From Rhynchobatus australiae (Eukaryota): a DNA stretch of 63,532 bases. Position numbers and translations under genes: made by a program. The notes under the pieces are model-generated. The model was not told where the DNA came from. It did not search any database and was given only the letters and a program-made list of their open reading frames with translations. Below, piece after piece: positions 26,419 through 39,499 of the stretch. How positions within the stretch are numbered: the first letter of the stretch is position 1; each line of letters begins with the position of its first letter. The stretch is from NCBI GenBank assembly GCA_034780895.1, contig JAUZTB010000094.1, positions 9,707,992-9,771,523 on the forward strand, given 5' to 3'.

Positions 26419-29400
26419 CTAGCAAAGTAAAGGAGAAAAGGAAACAATGAGGAACAAAGGAAACANNNNNNNNNNNNNNNNNNNNNNNNNNNNNNNNNNN
26501 NNNNNNNNNNNNNNNNNNNNNNNNNNNNNNNNNNNNNNNNNNNNNNNNNNNNNNNNNNNNNNNNNAGTTGGTGGCAGCTGGTTTCCTTGTTGTGTGGCAT
26601 TTTCTACCAAGCTCCCACAGGAATGTAATGAATCAAAATCCCTGTCACTGGTCGAAGTTAATCAGTTGCACAGGTTTAACTCATGTTGGAGCCGCAGTGC
26701 GATAAGAGCACTTGGACCCATCCTTTATACATTTTGATATACTCTTTAAACAGGCTCTTAAATATTTGTACATTGCTCTGCGGCAGCCTGACAACTATTT
26801 TATAGTACATTTGATCAATCATTTGTTGTTAGGTCCAGTGTCTCCATGTACCTGCACTTTTCAGGTTTTCCAAATACTGTTGGATATCAAAATATGCAGT
26901 TTACCTAGCACCAGGAGGATAAATCCCATGATGCCACAGTAACCTGCCACTTTCAAAAAGATACCTTAGTAATCACTTATAGATTGAGGGAAAGTTAAGT
27001 TTTATTTTGTAAAGTATATTAGAGAGCGTATCACAAAATGTACCTAAGACTCCTACTTAATATACAGAATATTATCACCTTACTCCACTCCAGCAAAGAA
27101 ATTATTTAAAGTCCGGGTTTAATCTTACATTATTTTTGCATTGCGTGCAATCATCTTTCGTAAGCTTTAATACAAAAGAGGATTATGAAGATTTGCATGC
27201 TTTCTGTTATTTTCATATTTCATCACCCCAATCAATCACATTACCCCGACACCACAACTAATGCTATCAGGTCCCTTGTCCCTTCATCTTTCACTGCCTT
27301 TCCTTGCAACACTTCATTTCAATGACCCTCACAAAGCCTATACAATTTTTCCCAATGCCTCCTCTATCACCCGTCTTATACCTAACCAAACACAATCCAG
27401 CACTCCTCATCTACACATGCCATATTTTATTGCAAGCATGGAAATGTCATTGGGGGTTGCTTCCTCCCTCAGTGTCTGCTGTCTTCATTGAAAGTCTGCC
27501 AGAATTCAATTTTGTTATAAGAAGATAAAGGAACCATTGAGATCAAAGAAAAAAATTGCTCTTCTGCATTGTTCTCTTGCATTGTTCACCACTAGAGACC
27601 ATGTTTCATTTCAGAAGAGCATATGATTTGAAATGACCTTTGCCAACTCAGGTGGAGATAATTAATTGGCCCTGATGTTAAAATTCAGCTGGTGTTTGCT
27701 GAAAGCTGAAGTAACATTAAAAGACTTGTTCTCACCTTTCTAGACAGCCTCTTTCTCACCCACTAATTCATTTATCATTCCTTTAGTTTAATAAATTACT
27801 TATACAGATCCAGAACATAAAACTTACAACTGAGATGCGATGGGTATATTTATCTTCTTTTTCACAATATAGTCTTTCTTTTTATTTAAATCATTAATTT
27901 GTCCTCATTTCCCCTAAATCATCTGAAGAGCAGCTAAAGGGCTAAAAGTGCTTGAAAGTAAAGATGACTGAACAGTGCAGCTTCACCTTGGAAACTCAAT
28001 ATGTTACCAATGTTCATACTGCACAATCCAATTTTGTATCAGTTATGGTTCTGAGCAAAAACATTAAGCCCCATTCTCACTCACTGACGACAGGATACAA
28101 AACAATACAATGGCTTGATTAAAATTATATTTTTTTAAATTTCATCCGTAAAGGAATTTTGGATATTTGAAATTATTGTTACTAAGACAGAAATGCAAAC
28201 AGAATTTTTTTTCAGGAAGCATTTTGAGTCATACAAGGGAATTCTGTGGCCAGATTAGACAATCTCAAAATAGTCTGTTCATTGTAAGACCACATCTAGT
28301 CTGGAGTCTCCCAGTGTGATCATTTTAGAACAAAAGTTATCAATCATGATGAAATAGACTCTACAGATAGAGTTTTTAATGAAACAAATGCCCCAGGACA
28401 TTTTATATGATCAGGAACATTAAGATGAGTAATGTGCAAATAAATATACATTGTCTTAAGGCTAAAGAGTTTAACTGTCGTTAAATAAACCATGTATGAG
28501 TTCTTACTGAGGTCAATTAAATGGGGCAAAGACTTCTGATGAAATCTCATTCTTATCCATAACTTATCATGCATTCTGCCCACACCAAGCACTATCTTCC
28601 CGATGTCTCAACTTTGACAATTTTCCTTCACTTTCTCCCCCTCTCTCTTTCCCCACCCCCAACATAAATTTCAAAGTCTTGATTCTACTCATTTCAGGTC
28701 TACCGGTCTCTTCCTGTGCAGAAGGTGTCCTACAGTGATTCTTATTAGGAGGGAACATGCAGCAGAAACTTGCTCAAAGAGATGAAAGAGGAAATGTACA
28801 GAAGATTTGCAGAAAGGATGGAGAGAAAGTCAAAGACACAGCTGAAAATAGGTTTTAGAAATTTGGTAAGAGGAAGTAGAAAAGCACAGGGAGCTTTGCA
28901 GTGAAAGCTGGAAGGGTTTAACTTAGTGCCTTTTAAGCCTTGACCACCAGTGATGAAGCTCAGAACCAAGAAGAAGCCAAATGTAGAGGAATGCAGAAAT
29001 ACCAGGCAGACAAGAGATCAGAACCATGGGCGATCACAACTGCAGGGTAGTATATAGCCCGGGGGGTGGGTGGGGAGGAGGAATGAGGGTTGTGAAGTTA
29101 ACATGTTGGAGGTTATGAGGTACAGAGGGAACAACAGAGAACACAAAATATTGTCTGAAATTACTTACTGCAACATTTGTGCTTCTCAAAATCAGTTAAG
29201 TATAAAACTACAAAAAATCTACCATGTTCAAATTTGCACTTTCGCATATAAGAAATATTTTCCAAGTTCAAAAATATACTAAAATTATTTTCAGCAAGAT
29301 AATGAAAACAGCCCTAAGAACTGGTATTTAGGAAAAAGACAGAGAGGTTTGACCTTGGGGAAGGAGACTTGTACAAATTGCATTCTTTGAGGAGCTTCTT

Positions 29401-29534
29401 GAATAGAAACTAATTGACAAAACTTAATGAAACATATCAAAGGAGATTAGGACTAACTGCATCCATTGAAAAATGTCATCAGACATCATATAAGGCAACA
29501 TGTCAGTTGTTAATTAGCTGTACTTTTAATATTT

Positions 29535-30040
29535 TAAAGCCTGGTCAGACCCCACTTGGAGTACAGTGCTCAGTTCTGGTCACCTCACTACAGGAAGGAT
29601 GTGGAAGCTATAGAAAGGGTACAGAGGAGATTTACAAGGATGCTGCCTGGATTGCGGAGTGTGCCTTATGAAAGCAGGTTGAGGGAACTCGGCCTTTTCT
29701 CTTTGGAGCGACAGAGCTTGAGGGGGGACCTGATAGACGTATATAAGATGATGAGAGGCTTTAATCGGGTAGATAGTCAGAGGCTTTTTCCCAGGGCTGA
29801 AATGGTTGCCACAAGAGGATATAGGTTTTAGGTGCTGGGGAATAGGTATAGAGGAGATGTCAGGGGTATGTTTTTTTACTCAGGGAGTGGTGAGTGTGTG
29901 GAATGGGCTACCACCAATGGTGGTGGAGGCAGATATGATAGGGTCTTTTAAGAGACTGTTAGATAGCTACATGGATCTGCGAAAAATAGAGAGCTATGGG
30001 TAAACCTAGTAATCTCTAAGGTAGGGACATGTTCAGCACT
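29535..30040 (+). mobile_element. CR1 LINE 3' fragment (ORF2 C-terminus), relatively young
   Basis: ORF 29556..29831 EYSAQFWSPHYRKDVEAIERVQRRFTRMLPGL...RLRELGLFSLERQSLRGDLI is the typical CR1 ORF2 tail. Confidence 0.92.
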
Positions 30041-32319
30041 ATTTTCAAGGCCAGAAATCCAGTGCCTTGGATATTTGTCAGAGGTTCCTTTAATTATTGT
30101 TGAAAAATATAGTCCTTATTCCTCAAACAGAAGCTATTCCCAAAAGATTGCCATACACAGCAAGTCAAAAAATGTTTTCACAGATTTGTTTATTCAACTG
30201 ATGTGGAAATGAGTGGGAAAGAAGATAAGAATGCAGAAGATGCCAACATCTTTTTCATCACCTAGAACAGAACTTGTGTTGCAGTTTATTGCCAAGGCAA
30301 CTGCTCAAGTAATTTCTTTTTAAGGTGGTTCCTTAAGAGTTGATAACTTGCAGCTATATTATACATTTCTCATAATGGAAATCAAAATCTGGAAGGTTAA
30401 GGGGGAAAATTAAGGAATGAACAGGACAATGTAGAGGGAGGAGAACAAAGTTGTATATGAAACAAACAGTGTGAGTTTCCACCTTAAGCTGTTAAATTAG
30501 CCCCTGAGAAAACTTCACTGTGTAATTAATTGGAACAGGATTCATTCCATCTGTTAGGTTACAATTGGATACCCATCAAAATAATAAAAATTCAAATAGG
30601 GCCACTAAATATGGTAATCACACCTGGAGGCAAGTACCCGAAAGGAAAACAAAGATAAACAGAATCAAGCAAACTTTCGAAACATGGAGGAACAGGCTGA
30701 ATTAAAATACAATAATAGAAATTGTAAACTGTCTTTTGTGATCTCAAAGCTGAAAATCAATTGAAAGGCTAACAAAATATAATGGAAATCACAATAAAAG
30801 TTGAATTAAAAATGAATAGAATTCGCTAATTCAACAACAGTTGCACAGTTTTATATCTTGAAGAAACCTGCTGCAAACGCAGAATGAGCTGACTAATAAC
30901 TACTAATATTCTGCACGTAACTGAAGTTTAAATCTGCAACTCAAATACTGAGCAAACAGTTATAGAAAAGATATTTAGCTCTTCGGTAATATTTCAGAAA
31001 AGATGCTCAATTCTCTATTCTAGCCCATTTTTTCCTTTCAGGGTTTCAAGAGGTGTATTTGATTTGAAGTGGGTGAAGGGAGAGGTGGTGCAAGTCGGTT
31101 TCGGTTTACAGCAGCTTCACTCTCAATTACTTGTGTCTCACCTACTGCCTCACTACCACTGCACCTTCCACCCTATGATCCTTGCACCATTCTCCTATTA
31201 TCCTCTCCTCATTCCCATCACTATCTCTAGCTCCTTTAATTTGAGCTACCTACTTAATTCAATGGGAATGAAAACAGGATATATTTGTTCCAATTAAACA
31301 GTGGATTATTTGGAAGACTCTTTTCTGAACATGTGTAAACCTCTGCATCCTCTTCTTCAATAATGTTACTTGCATTTATCCTCCATCTACTAACTCCAAT
31401 CTCACTGACCTTGGACCAAGAGCAAGACAGATGAAGGGTATGGTAGGGAATGTGGCGAGAATGAAATGGGATCAATGTAAATGGATGTTTGACACTCAGC
31501 ATGGACTTGGTGGATTGGAGAGTATCTGTGCAGCATGAATTGATGTGATCTCCCTCCCCATCTCCATTCCTACAGTGCTCGATGGTTTTTATTTTCTGTC
31601 TCAACTTACTTGTCTCCCTAAAAATAATTCTGATTAAGTGCATTTTGTACCTGCTACTCTTTATGCTCTTAACAACCCAGCTAAAGACAGGAGAATGAAA
31701 ACAGGACTTGCTTCATGTCCTTTTGTAACGCTACAGCAAGATGCTCTGTCATCATCTTTTCCTGTCTGTGGGGAATTCCTGACTTCCATTTGGCAGACAA
31801 GCCATTGTTTATAAAACTTCACTTTCAAAAGTGCAAAGGTCATAATACCATTCACTACTGAAGTACAAGTTATTTGAAAACCATAAAAGGTGTTAAGAAT
31901 AAATACATCAAAATTTAATTTCAATTCAGCATTAAATATTTTAGTTCTTAACAACATTAAAATTCAAAGCTGCCTGACAGATGTTGTGCCCTTCCCTTGA
32001 CTGAGATACTTGTAGTCAGTTGTACTCACTAACTTCCTGCTTCTTTGCGCTTAGAGATTTGTGGAACTGCACTTACTGATAAAGTGTTTGTGAGGCCCAT
32101 TAGCCGGGATATTGCAGCATTCAGCAGGAAATCCTCGGTCATGTAGCTGGTTACCTAAACACATTTAAGTAAGGGAAACACAATTAAAAACAGTTGTTGC
32201 AATGCTTGGCCAGCTGAGTGGAAATTGCAGCCAGCTATCTTCTGCTCCAGAAAAGAAGACAGACATTTAGTGCAGTTTTATCCCGGTAGGATGATTTAAA
32301 ATGTTAGCTGGTTGATGTC

Positions 32320-32705
32320 AACAGTGGTACAGTTGGTAGTACTCTTGATGGAATCAAAAAACTGATAGTTCAATCCCATTTCAGAGACAGAGGGGATGCT
32401 GCACTGTTTGGAGTGCTATCTTTTAGAGGAGATATTAAAACACTATACTGAGGCCCTGTATGGACACTATTTCAAAGGAGTGATTGTCAGTGTCCAGGTG
32501 AATATTTACCCTTTAAGTTATCTGAACACTATTACACTACTACTTATGGGAACTTGCTGCATGCAAATTGTTTACCGCATGTGAATTATCTACTACTTTT
32601 CTACACTACCATAGTGACTACAATTCCTAAGTCATTAATTGGCTGTGAAATGCACCGTATCAGCTTATAGTCACGAAAGACATTTTAGAAACGCAATTAT
32701 TTTTT
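32320..32705 (+). mobile_element. Old SINE of DeuSINE/SacSINE1 type
   Basis: tRNA-like head (gttcaatccc), gctgcactg...gaggccctgt body, L2-like tail also seen at about 12060-12155 and 44660-44825. Family name from recall. Confidence 0.55.
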
Positions 32706-33589
32706 TTAATGATTATTGCAATTCAGCATGTGGGGTCAAGTTCACAATGATAATAACCAAAATAAAACTTGAGCAGTTAATCATCGCTCACAAGAACACA
32801 AAGATTACCATTTTGGCTTGTTTTAATTTTTGATGCTATTAAGTTCTATTTTATATCATTCATGGAGCAAGCTTCACCACTGATAGGCAACTATTTATCC
32901 AGAATCTTCTAGTCAAAGGATTAAAGGTCACAAATGATCACTGATTACGCCCATTTTTCCCCGTTATGCTGGCAATTTTCTCCCCTCTCATTTCACCTGA
33001 AGATGGCAAGAATTAGCCGAGCTTTATTTTAAATGGCATCCTTGAACTGGACAAGTACAAGCAGAGATATCCCAGCTATCTCTAACCCTCAATCGATAGA
33101 CATAAATGCTTTTAATAACAGTTCCAGTAGCAGAATCATTGGTAATCATAACACACAAACTTTCTCCAGATACATTCCCACATTGAATAATTTCTTCAAT
33201 TCCACTTATTTTCTCCAGACCTAAAGTGTACCTATAGGAGCTGACTGGAGTCCAAGCTATGCCCATCTGTTTGTGGGATGTCAAACACAGTCTTTCTTTT
33301 GATCCTGGAATGTCAAAGGCCGAGGGGTGACCTGATAGAAGCATATAACATCATGAGACACACAGATAGGGTGGATAGTCAGAGTCTTTTTCCCAGGGAG
33401 GAAATGTCAAATACTCAAGGGCATAGTTTGATTCAGTGCTGAATTATTCCATAACTATTAACAGGATTCCTTGTCATAAATCCTCTACTGTAAACCAAGA
33501 GCTCAAAGGCTAATTATCAGGCTGCAATTAGCCATTTTCAGTATAGAACAAAGATCACTGATGACACCTCCACAGTATGAATGTTTTTT

Positions 33590-34520
33590 CTGTAAAGTGC
33601 AGTGAATAATCTTTGACCCACAAGCTACTATCTTTATTTTTATTCTTCCCTCTTCCGAGATCACTCCCATCTGCTTTATTAGACCCTTCTAACAGTTCTG
33701 GAAGGTTACTTGTGTACTTTCTAGTGAGGACAGAACCAAAGTATTTGTTTAATTGCTTTGCTATTTCTTTGTTGCCCATTATTAATTTTTGTGACTGTTG
33801 AGACCCTACACTGGACTTCCTTAATCTTTCTTTTTCTGTATTTGTTGAAGCTTTTCCAGTCCATTTTATGTTTCCTGTAAGTTTACTTTCATGCTCCATT
33901 TTTTGCTTTCCTGACTAATGTCTTTGTCCTTCCTTGCTGAAACCTAAACTGCTTGAAAACCTCAGACTTGATACTTTGACATTCCCATGTGATTCATCTT
34001 TGGATCTCATGTTCTCCTTAACTTCTTTTGGTTTACTTTTCCTTTTGTATTTTTATGCCAGGCATGAATGTTTAGATGCTATTGGAAATCAAAACAAACT
34101 GCAAATGCTCAAAATCTGAAATAAAAACAGAAAATGCTGGAGAAACTCAGCAAGTCAGGCAGCATCTGCAGGATGAGAAACAGTGTTAACCCTTCAGGTC
34201 CGAGACCTTTTATCACATAACGTAACTGTTGCAGCATTAATTCTTTAAATGTTTGGCATTGATAATCCACTGTAATGCTTTTTAATGAGTCTCCTCAATC
34301 TGTCATAGCCAACACATTCCTCATACCTTCATAGTTTCCTTTGCTTAAATTCACGGACTTAGTTTTGGATTTATCTACTTTACTTTCTAGCTTCATGAAG
34401 AACTCCTTGATGTTATGGCCACTCTTCCCTTATAAACCTTCTCACAAAGCACAACACTCAGTCTACGATAGCATATTACTTCGTAGGCTGTTCCATATAA
34501 TGAAGAATTCTGGAAGGCAA
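33590..34520 (-). mobile_element. Decayed CR1 ORF2 fragment with a nested hairpin-element half (about 34085-34220)
   Basis: ORF 33555..33899 contains LIMGNKEIAKQLNKYFGSV, resembling the CR1 tether region. Confidence 0.7.
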
Positions 34521-36485
34521 AAAACTAGGAAGTAAAAAGCTTCAATTCTTATGAAGAATTTCAAACATCTTCATAAGAACTTAAAATAACCTAAAAAGTT
34601 AATTACTTCAAAATCCATAAAATTTTGAAGTAATTGTCATGAGGTAAATAAAAACTAATTTCTACATTTTGAGTCTTAATTGCCAGAAAGGTTAAGTTAT
34701 GACTTGGTAAACCTTTTAAAAACACAGTTGCATGTGAGCTAACATTGCCTTGAATTTTCACATCACAGTGGGAGCAGCTTATAAATTCATATCGCATCAC
34801 TTACTTCTGAAGATTGAACTAGAGGACCCTGCGATATGGAACCAAGTAGAGGAGCAAGTATCAATGAAAGCATCTTCCATGTTAAACTGGATTTGTGCAC
34901 AGTCCAAGAGATGCTGTCAGATTCACTTAATTACAAAGGTGATGCAGCCCTTGATGCAAATTCTAGATTAGCAATTTACTTGAAATACTGATGTCATGAT
35001 TCATAATAAAATGGTTCCCAAATTTTGCTCTATATCTGATTTTCACAACCCTTTATCCATAAGGTTCCAGTTCAAGTTATCTCACAAGTACCATCTTTTG
35101 CACTGTATTCAAAAGCAGATTAATTCACGGAAGGTCTCATTTCAGGCCTGGGTAATTTTTAACTCTTTTGGGCAGAATATTTGCTTGGAAGGATGGTAGG
35201 GAATACTTGAAGACAGCATGGAATCAGGCAAATGCACAAGTACCCCACACAGCACCGGCTTGTGCCTCATCACTGAGAATTCACTGGCAAGACTGAATTT
35301 GGCCAGCCCTAACCACAAGAAATAGAAGCCACTGTGTCCTTGAACCTACCCTCCATCTCAATAAGATTGGGGCTGAGTCGATAACTCCATGTTATTTGCC
35401 AGCCTGATTTCCAAACATATATCAATATCAACTCTGAACACAGTCAACAAATGAGCATCCACATATCTTGTAGTGAGAAATTCCAAAAAAAAAATCACAG
35501 TCCTGAGTGAAGTATACATTGGAACATTAATATCAATTTCACGTTAACAGTGCTTGTACTCAAATTTTCATTGTGGGGAGTGGAGGAAGGGAGGAGAATA
35601 AAGGGAGGAGAGAAACTTTGGAAGACATTTCATAGCTTCGTTTCCTTAATTATTTACAGCCTCTTCAGAACATAAAATAATTGATTCACTTTGGAGCAAA
35701 ATATTCTCAATACTTTTTATTTCATTTGTGATTAATATATAAACATGTTTCTTGTTTATGAATTATTTTGTACTGTTGTCTTATTACATGTACTTGTTTA
35801 TACAAGTAGTTTAATAATGCCCTTTGGTAACTCTTAAGACCTTAACAGAATGCTTCATGCTTGGTATACTGGTTTGTAGTAACCAAAAGATTCTTGCCTG
35901 TACTGACTGTTATGTGTTGAGTATATACAACATGCACATGCCTTCATGTAAAAAGTGCTCTGGAGATATTGAATAACTATTCATGTGAATGTTATAATGC
36001 TCTAATACTGGTCTGTATTAAACTATAGTATGAGTACTGTAATATTGCTTTGAAATTATTAGCACACCTCAGCTTGCAGTAACTAACAGGATTTTAATAT
36101 GAGGTTTTGAAATATGAAATAGAGATATAACTGGAATGAAAAAAACATACATTGGAGACTAAATGGGATAGAAATGTTTGCCTAGATTATGGAGGAAGGA
36201 GAAAAATAGCTCAATCTGTGGGGTCTGTGCCAACAGTGGAATTGGCATCATTTGAAGAGTTCCAGGTAGATAACTATGTTACTTGGGTTTTTCTAACTTC
36301 CAGAAATGGATCATCCTGTCTTCCTGGAACTTCTAATTCCTGTGCATCATTTTATGATGTTCACCTGGATACTACTTTTTCTTTTAGTTTGATAACAAAA
36401 TGCAGATCACATGGGCAAACAAACCCGTGAGCTATTGTAATGCTTATCTGTTCAGTTTGAAATTTAGATCAGAGTTCCACTGTAC

Positions 36486-36539
36486 CTGTGGTCCTGGGGG
36501 TCCACGTTCACCTGGTTTTCCAGATTTACCAGCCTCACC
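36486..36539 (-). CDS. COL2A1: Exon 12 (54 nt) GEAGKSGKPGERGPPGPQ
   Basis: cAG/GTACAG boundaries, Gly-X-Y. Confidence 0.95.
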
Positions 36540-36637
36540 CTGTGAGATAAATGGAGATCATCCTGTTAGTCCTGTGCGTAATCATAAAGTGCTGTCTAAA
36601 TCAAATAAAAAATCTGACAATTAAATCAAATGCTTAC

Positions 36638-36691
36638 ATCATCACCAGGTTTACCAGAGGGTCCAGGAGGACCACGGGGACCCATGGGACC
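36638..36691 (-). CDS. COL2A1: Exon 11 (54 nt) [18 protein letters not shown]
   Basis: AG/GT boundaries, Gly-X-Y. Confidence 0.96.
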
Positions 36692-36893
36692 CTGCAACAA
36701 AGAAACACTCATTTACAAGAGAGAATCACATGTCCATTTCACCTAAGACCAAAGCATAACAGCCCCCTGCTCCTCCTCCCAAATGGAAGCTGTCAAACTG
36801 CCATGTTAAAGATCACATGCAAACTCAGTCAACAGCCAAAGATAGATTTAACAAAAGTAAATTTGCCATTCCACTCATCTACCCACTATTAAC

Positions 36894-37030
36894 TACAAAT
36901 CCCCAACAGCTATCCCTGTAACACTATCCCTGTTACAGCTACCCCTGTTACAAATCCCCAACAGCTATCCCTGTAACACTATCCCTGTTACAGCTATCCC
37001 TGTTACAAATCCCCAACAGCTATCCCTGTT
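36894..37030. repeat. 55-bp tandem repeat, about 2.5 copies, built of ctatccctgt(t/a)aca subunits
   Basis: caaatcccc at 36896, 36951 and 37006. Confidence 0.92.
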
Positions 37031-37278
37031 CTCCCATGGCCTGGATTTTAACAAGGCTCTTCCTAGTTTGTATAGCTCAGTTGCTCACTGGACAGCTTTT
37101 CAGAGCTCTCAGAAGACACAATAGACTTTTTTTCCTTGAAGATAAGACATTAAATATTACAACATTTATATCTTCAAAGTTATCCCACAGTAAAAAGGAC
37201 AGTTACTTTCCCTTTTACTTAATCACATTCATTCTTAAATCTGAAATCGATTCAGTCAGTGTTATCTGGGATACTTAC

Positions 37279-37332
37279 AGCAGCACCAGCTTCACCGGGT
37301 TCTCCAGGAGATCCTTGGAAACCTTGAGGGCC
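37279..37332 (-). CDS. COL2A1: Exon 10 (54 nt) GPQGFQGSPGEPGEAGAA
   Basis: AG/GT boundaries, Gly-X-Y. Confidence 0.96.
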
Positions 37333-37491
37333 CTGTCAACAGAATAAATCCATTAGTGACAAATCTCAGAAGAACTAAAATGTAAGATTCTCCTATATTT
37401 TAAATCTAATTCCCTTGTAGTGCCATGTTATGTTCATTAAGTTAGTAACTATACAATAACTCCAAAATAGGATCAGAATGTCAATACTTAC

Positions 37492-37536
37492 GGGAGCACC
37501 TGTGGGTCCTGGAGGTCCTCGAGGTCCCATGGGGCC
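37492..37536 (-). CDS. COL2A1: Exon 9 (45 nt) [15 protein letters not shown]
   Basis: AG/GT boundaries, Gly-X-Y. Confidence 0.96.
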
Positions 37537-39499
37537 CTGCAAATGAAATGCAGAATGTGTTAGGAAAGGCAGAAGTCTGTAATTTTGAATACTTATTACA
37601 ATATATGTTATGTGCTATTTTAGCATGAATATGTGTGTGGTTGACCACAGATCTGGAGCAACTATATGGATGTTTGGGCTTAGAAATTAATACATGGGAT
37701 TTTACTGATAGATATTAGATATGGGTATAGGTATTTAAAGGTGGATAAGCAGTTACATGCAGTTACGTGGAAATGGTCAAGAACATAAAGATGGGGTGGG
37801 AGTGTATAAAAGAATTTTGTTACAGGTAGTTGTGGAGATGTTGTGTAGGGAAGAGGAGGATGTGTATGGAGAGGAGGTGGGTATGCAATTATGGAAGGAT
37901 TAGTTTGGGGATGGGTATATAAAGAGAGCTATGTGATTAGAAGTAGTTATGGATGAATATGTGTAAAGGGAGATTTGTCTACATTATGATGGCCATGTAT
38001 GGAGTGTGGGTAGGATGTAGTTATGAATGAGTGTTTAAGAAGGAGTGTATTGGTCTGGGTAATTTTAAATCAGTAGTTCCAACCAAGTACTAGGGCACAG
38101 CAAGTATGCATTTCTAAAATAGGAAGTTGAAAGTTTGTATGTGATATGGATAGACCTAATCAGTCACTGAGGGCCAATAGACAAGTGAACCATATAATAT
38201 CTAATGATTATTGTCTCTAGAGAACCCATGAAATGCAAAAGAAATGTGAATGTGGGATGCAAAATGCTTGCATGAGAATAATAATATTGAACACGTAGTA
38301 AAAATGGAAAGAATAGACATCTGTTTTGGATTCAATAAGTATAATATAAAAATATTGGAGGAATAATTACAAGTGAAGGACACCAGCTACACTACTCCGG
38401 AAAGAACAAAGAGATGGTGAAACTCTCATCCTTGGTTGGATGCACTTAATGCATGATGTACTAACATATGCTCATTGATTACTGCTTCTGAAATTTTCTT
38501 CATACGACCAAGGATGACTTCCCACCTGCTACAGAATTTCCATGCCCTGTGGTGTATATTTGGGTGTCAGGGTCATATGGTATGAAAGCCATTTAACCAA
38601 ATGTCTCAGAGATGATTGGTGTTTTTCTGACAGGAAAATTTTAGTGAAATTGTAAATTAAATTATTAAATCTGAACATCATTCAATTTCAAACATCAATG
38701 CTGAAGTAGGGCGAGAAAGATCTGAGAATGTGATACAGACAGGCAATGCAGAGGGAGGTTACATACATGGAAAGAACATAAAATACAGAAAATTACTGAA
38801 AGCATTCCTGAGGCAGACTACAATTCCGAGCACAACAGCTCCAGTCACAACAGAAACAAAATAAAGCTCAGGAATGTGAGCAAAAACACAGCTTTGTTAA
38901 GTATTAACACCAATGTCTTAAAAAGGATCAGCACACAAAGAGGAGTGTTGTGGAACTGAATCACAGATTAAGGAATTTAAATAGGATACAGAAAGAAAAG
39001 TACTGGAGCAACTTTGAAACAGTGCTCCAATCAAAACGGTCTTAAGGTCAAGGAACGGAATAAGGTTAGGGATGTATTAAAAGTATATAAGGTGAAACTA
39101 ACAAGACACTCAAAGACAGGTAAAGATGCCTGCATACTAACAGAAATGTTTCACAATGCATGGAAAGTGATGTGCAGAAAATCATCCAATTCTCCAAAAG
39201 GATTATACTGACAAATTCAATTTCTGGGTTTTGGCAAGTCCCTGCCAATAAAATCATGAGGCCAGAGAATATAGTTAAGAAACTTCAGTCACATGAACCA
39301 TGTTGTGACAGTATTGCTAAACTAGAAAGGATGAAAAAGAAACTAGACAAGTTTGGTAGTAGAAGTAGAAAGGGCTTAATATTGATTTAAGAATAAATGA
39401 ACAGAGAGGTATATCTATTTTCTTAACTTTGCAGACTAATTCACGAAACTGGACCTCTTGATGGGACATTTATTGAATCATATATCTCTATTTTGTGAT

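Noticed and set aside
36894-37030. Resemblance of ctatccctgtta to the I-SceI site
   Set aside because: Only a partial word match; the 18-bp site is not present.
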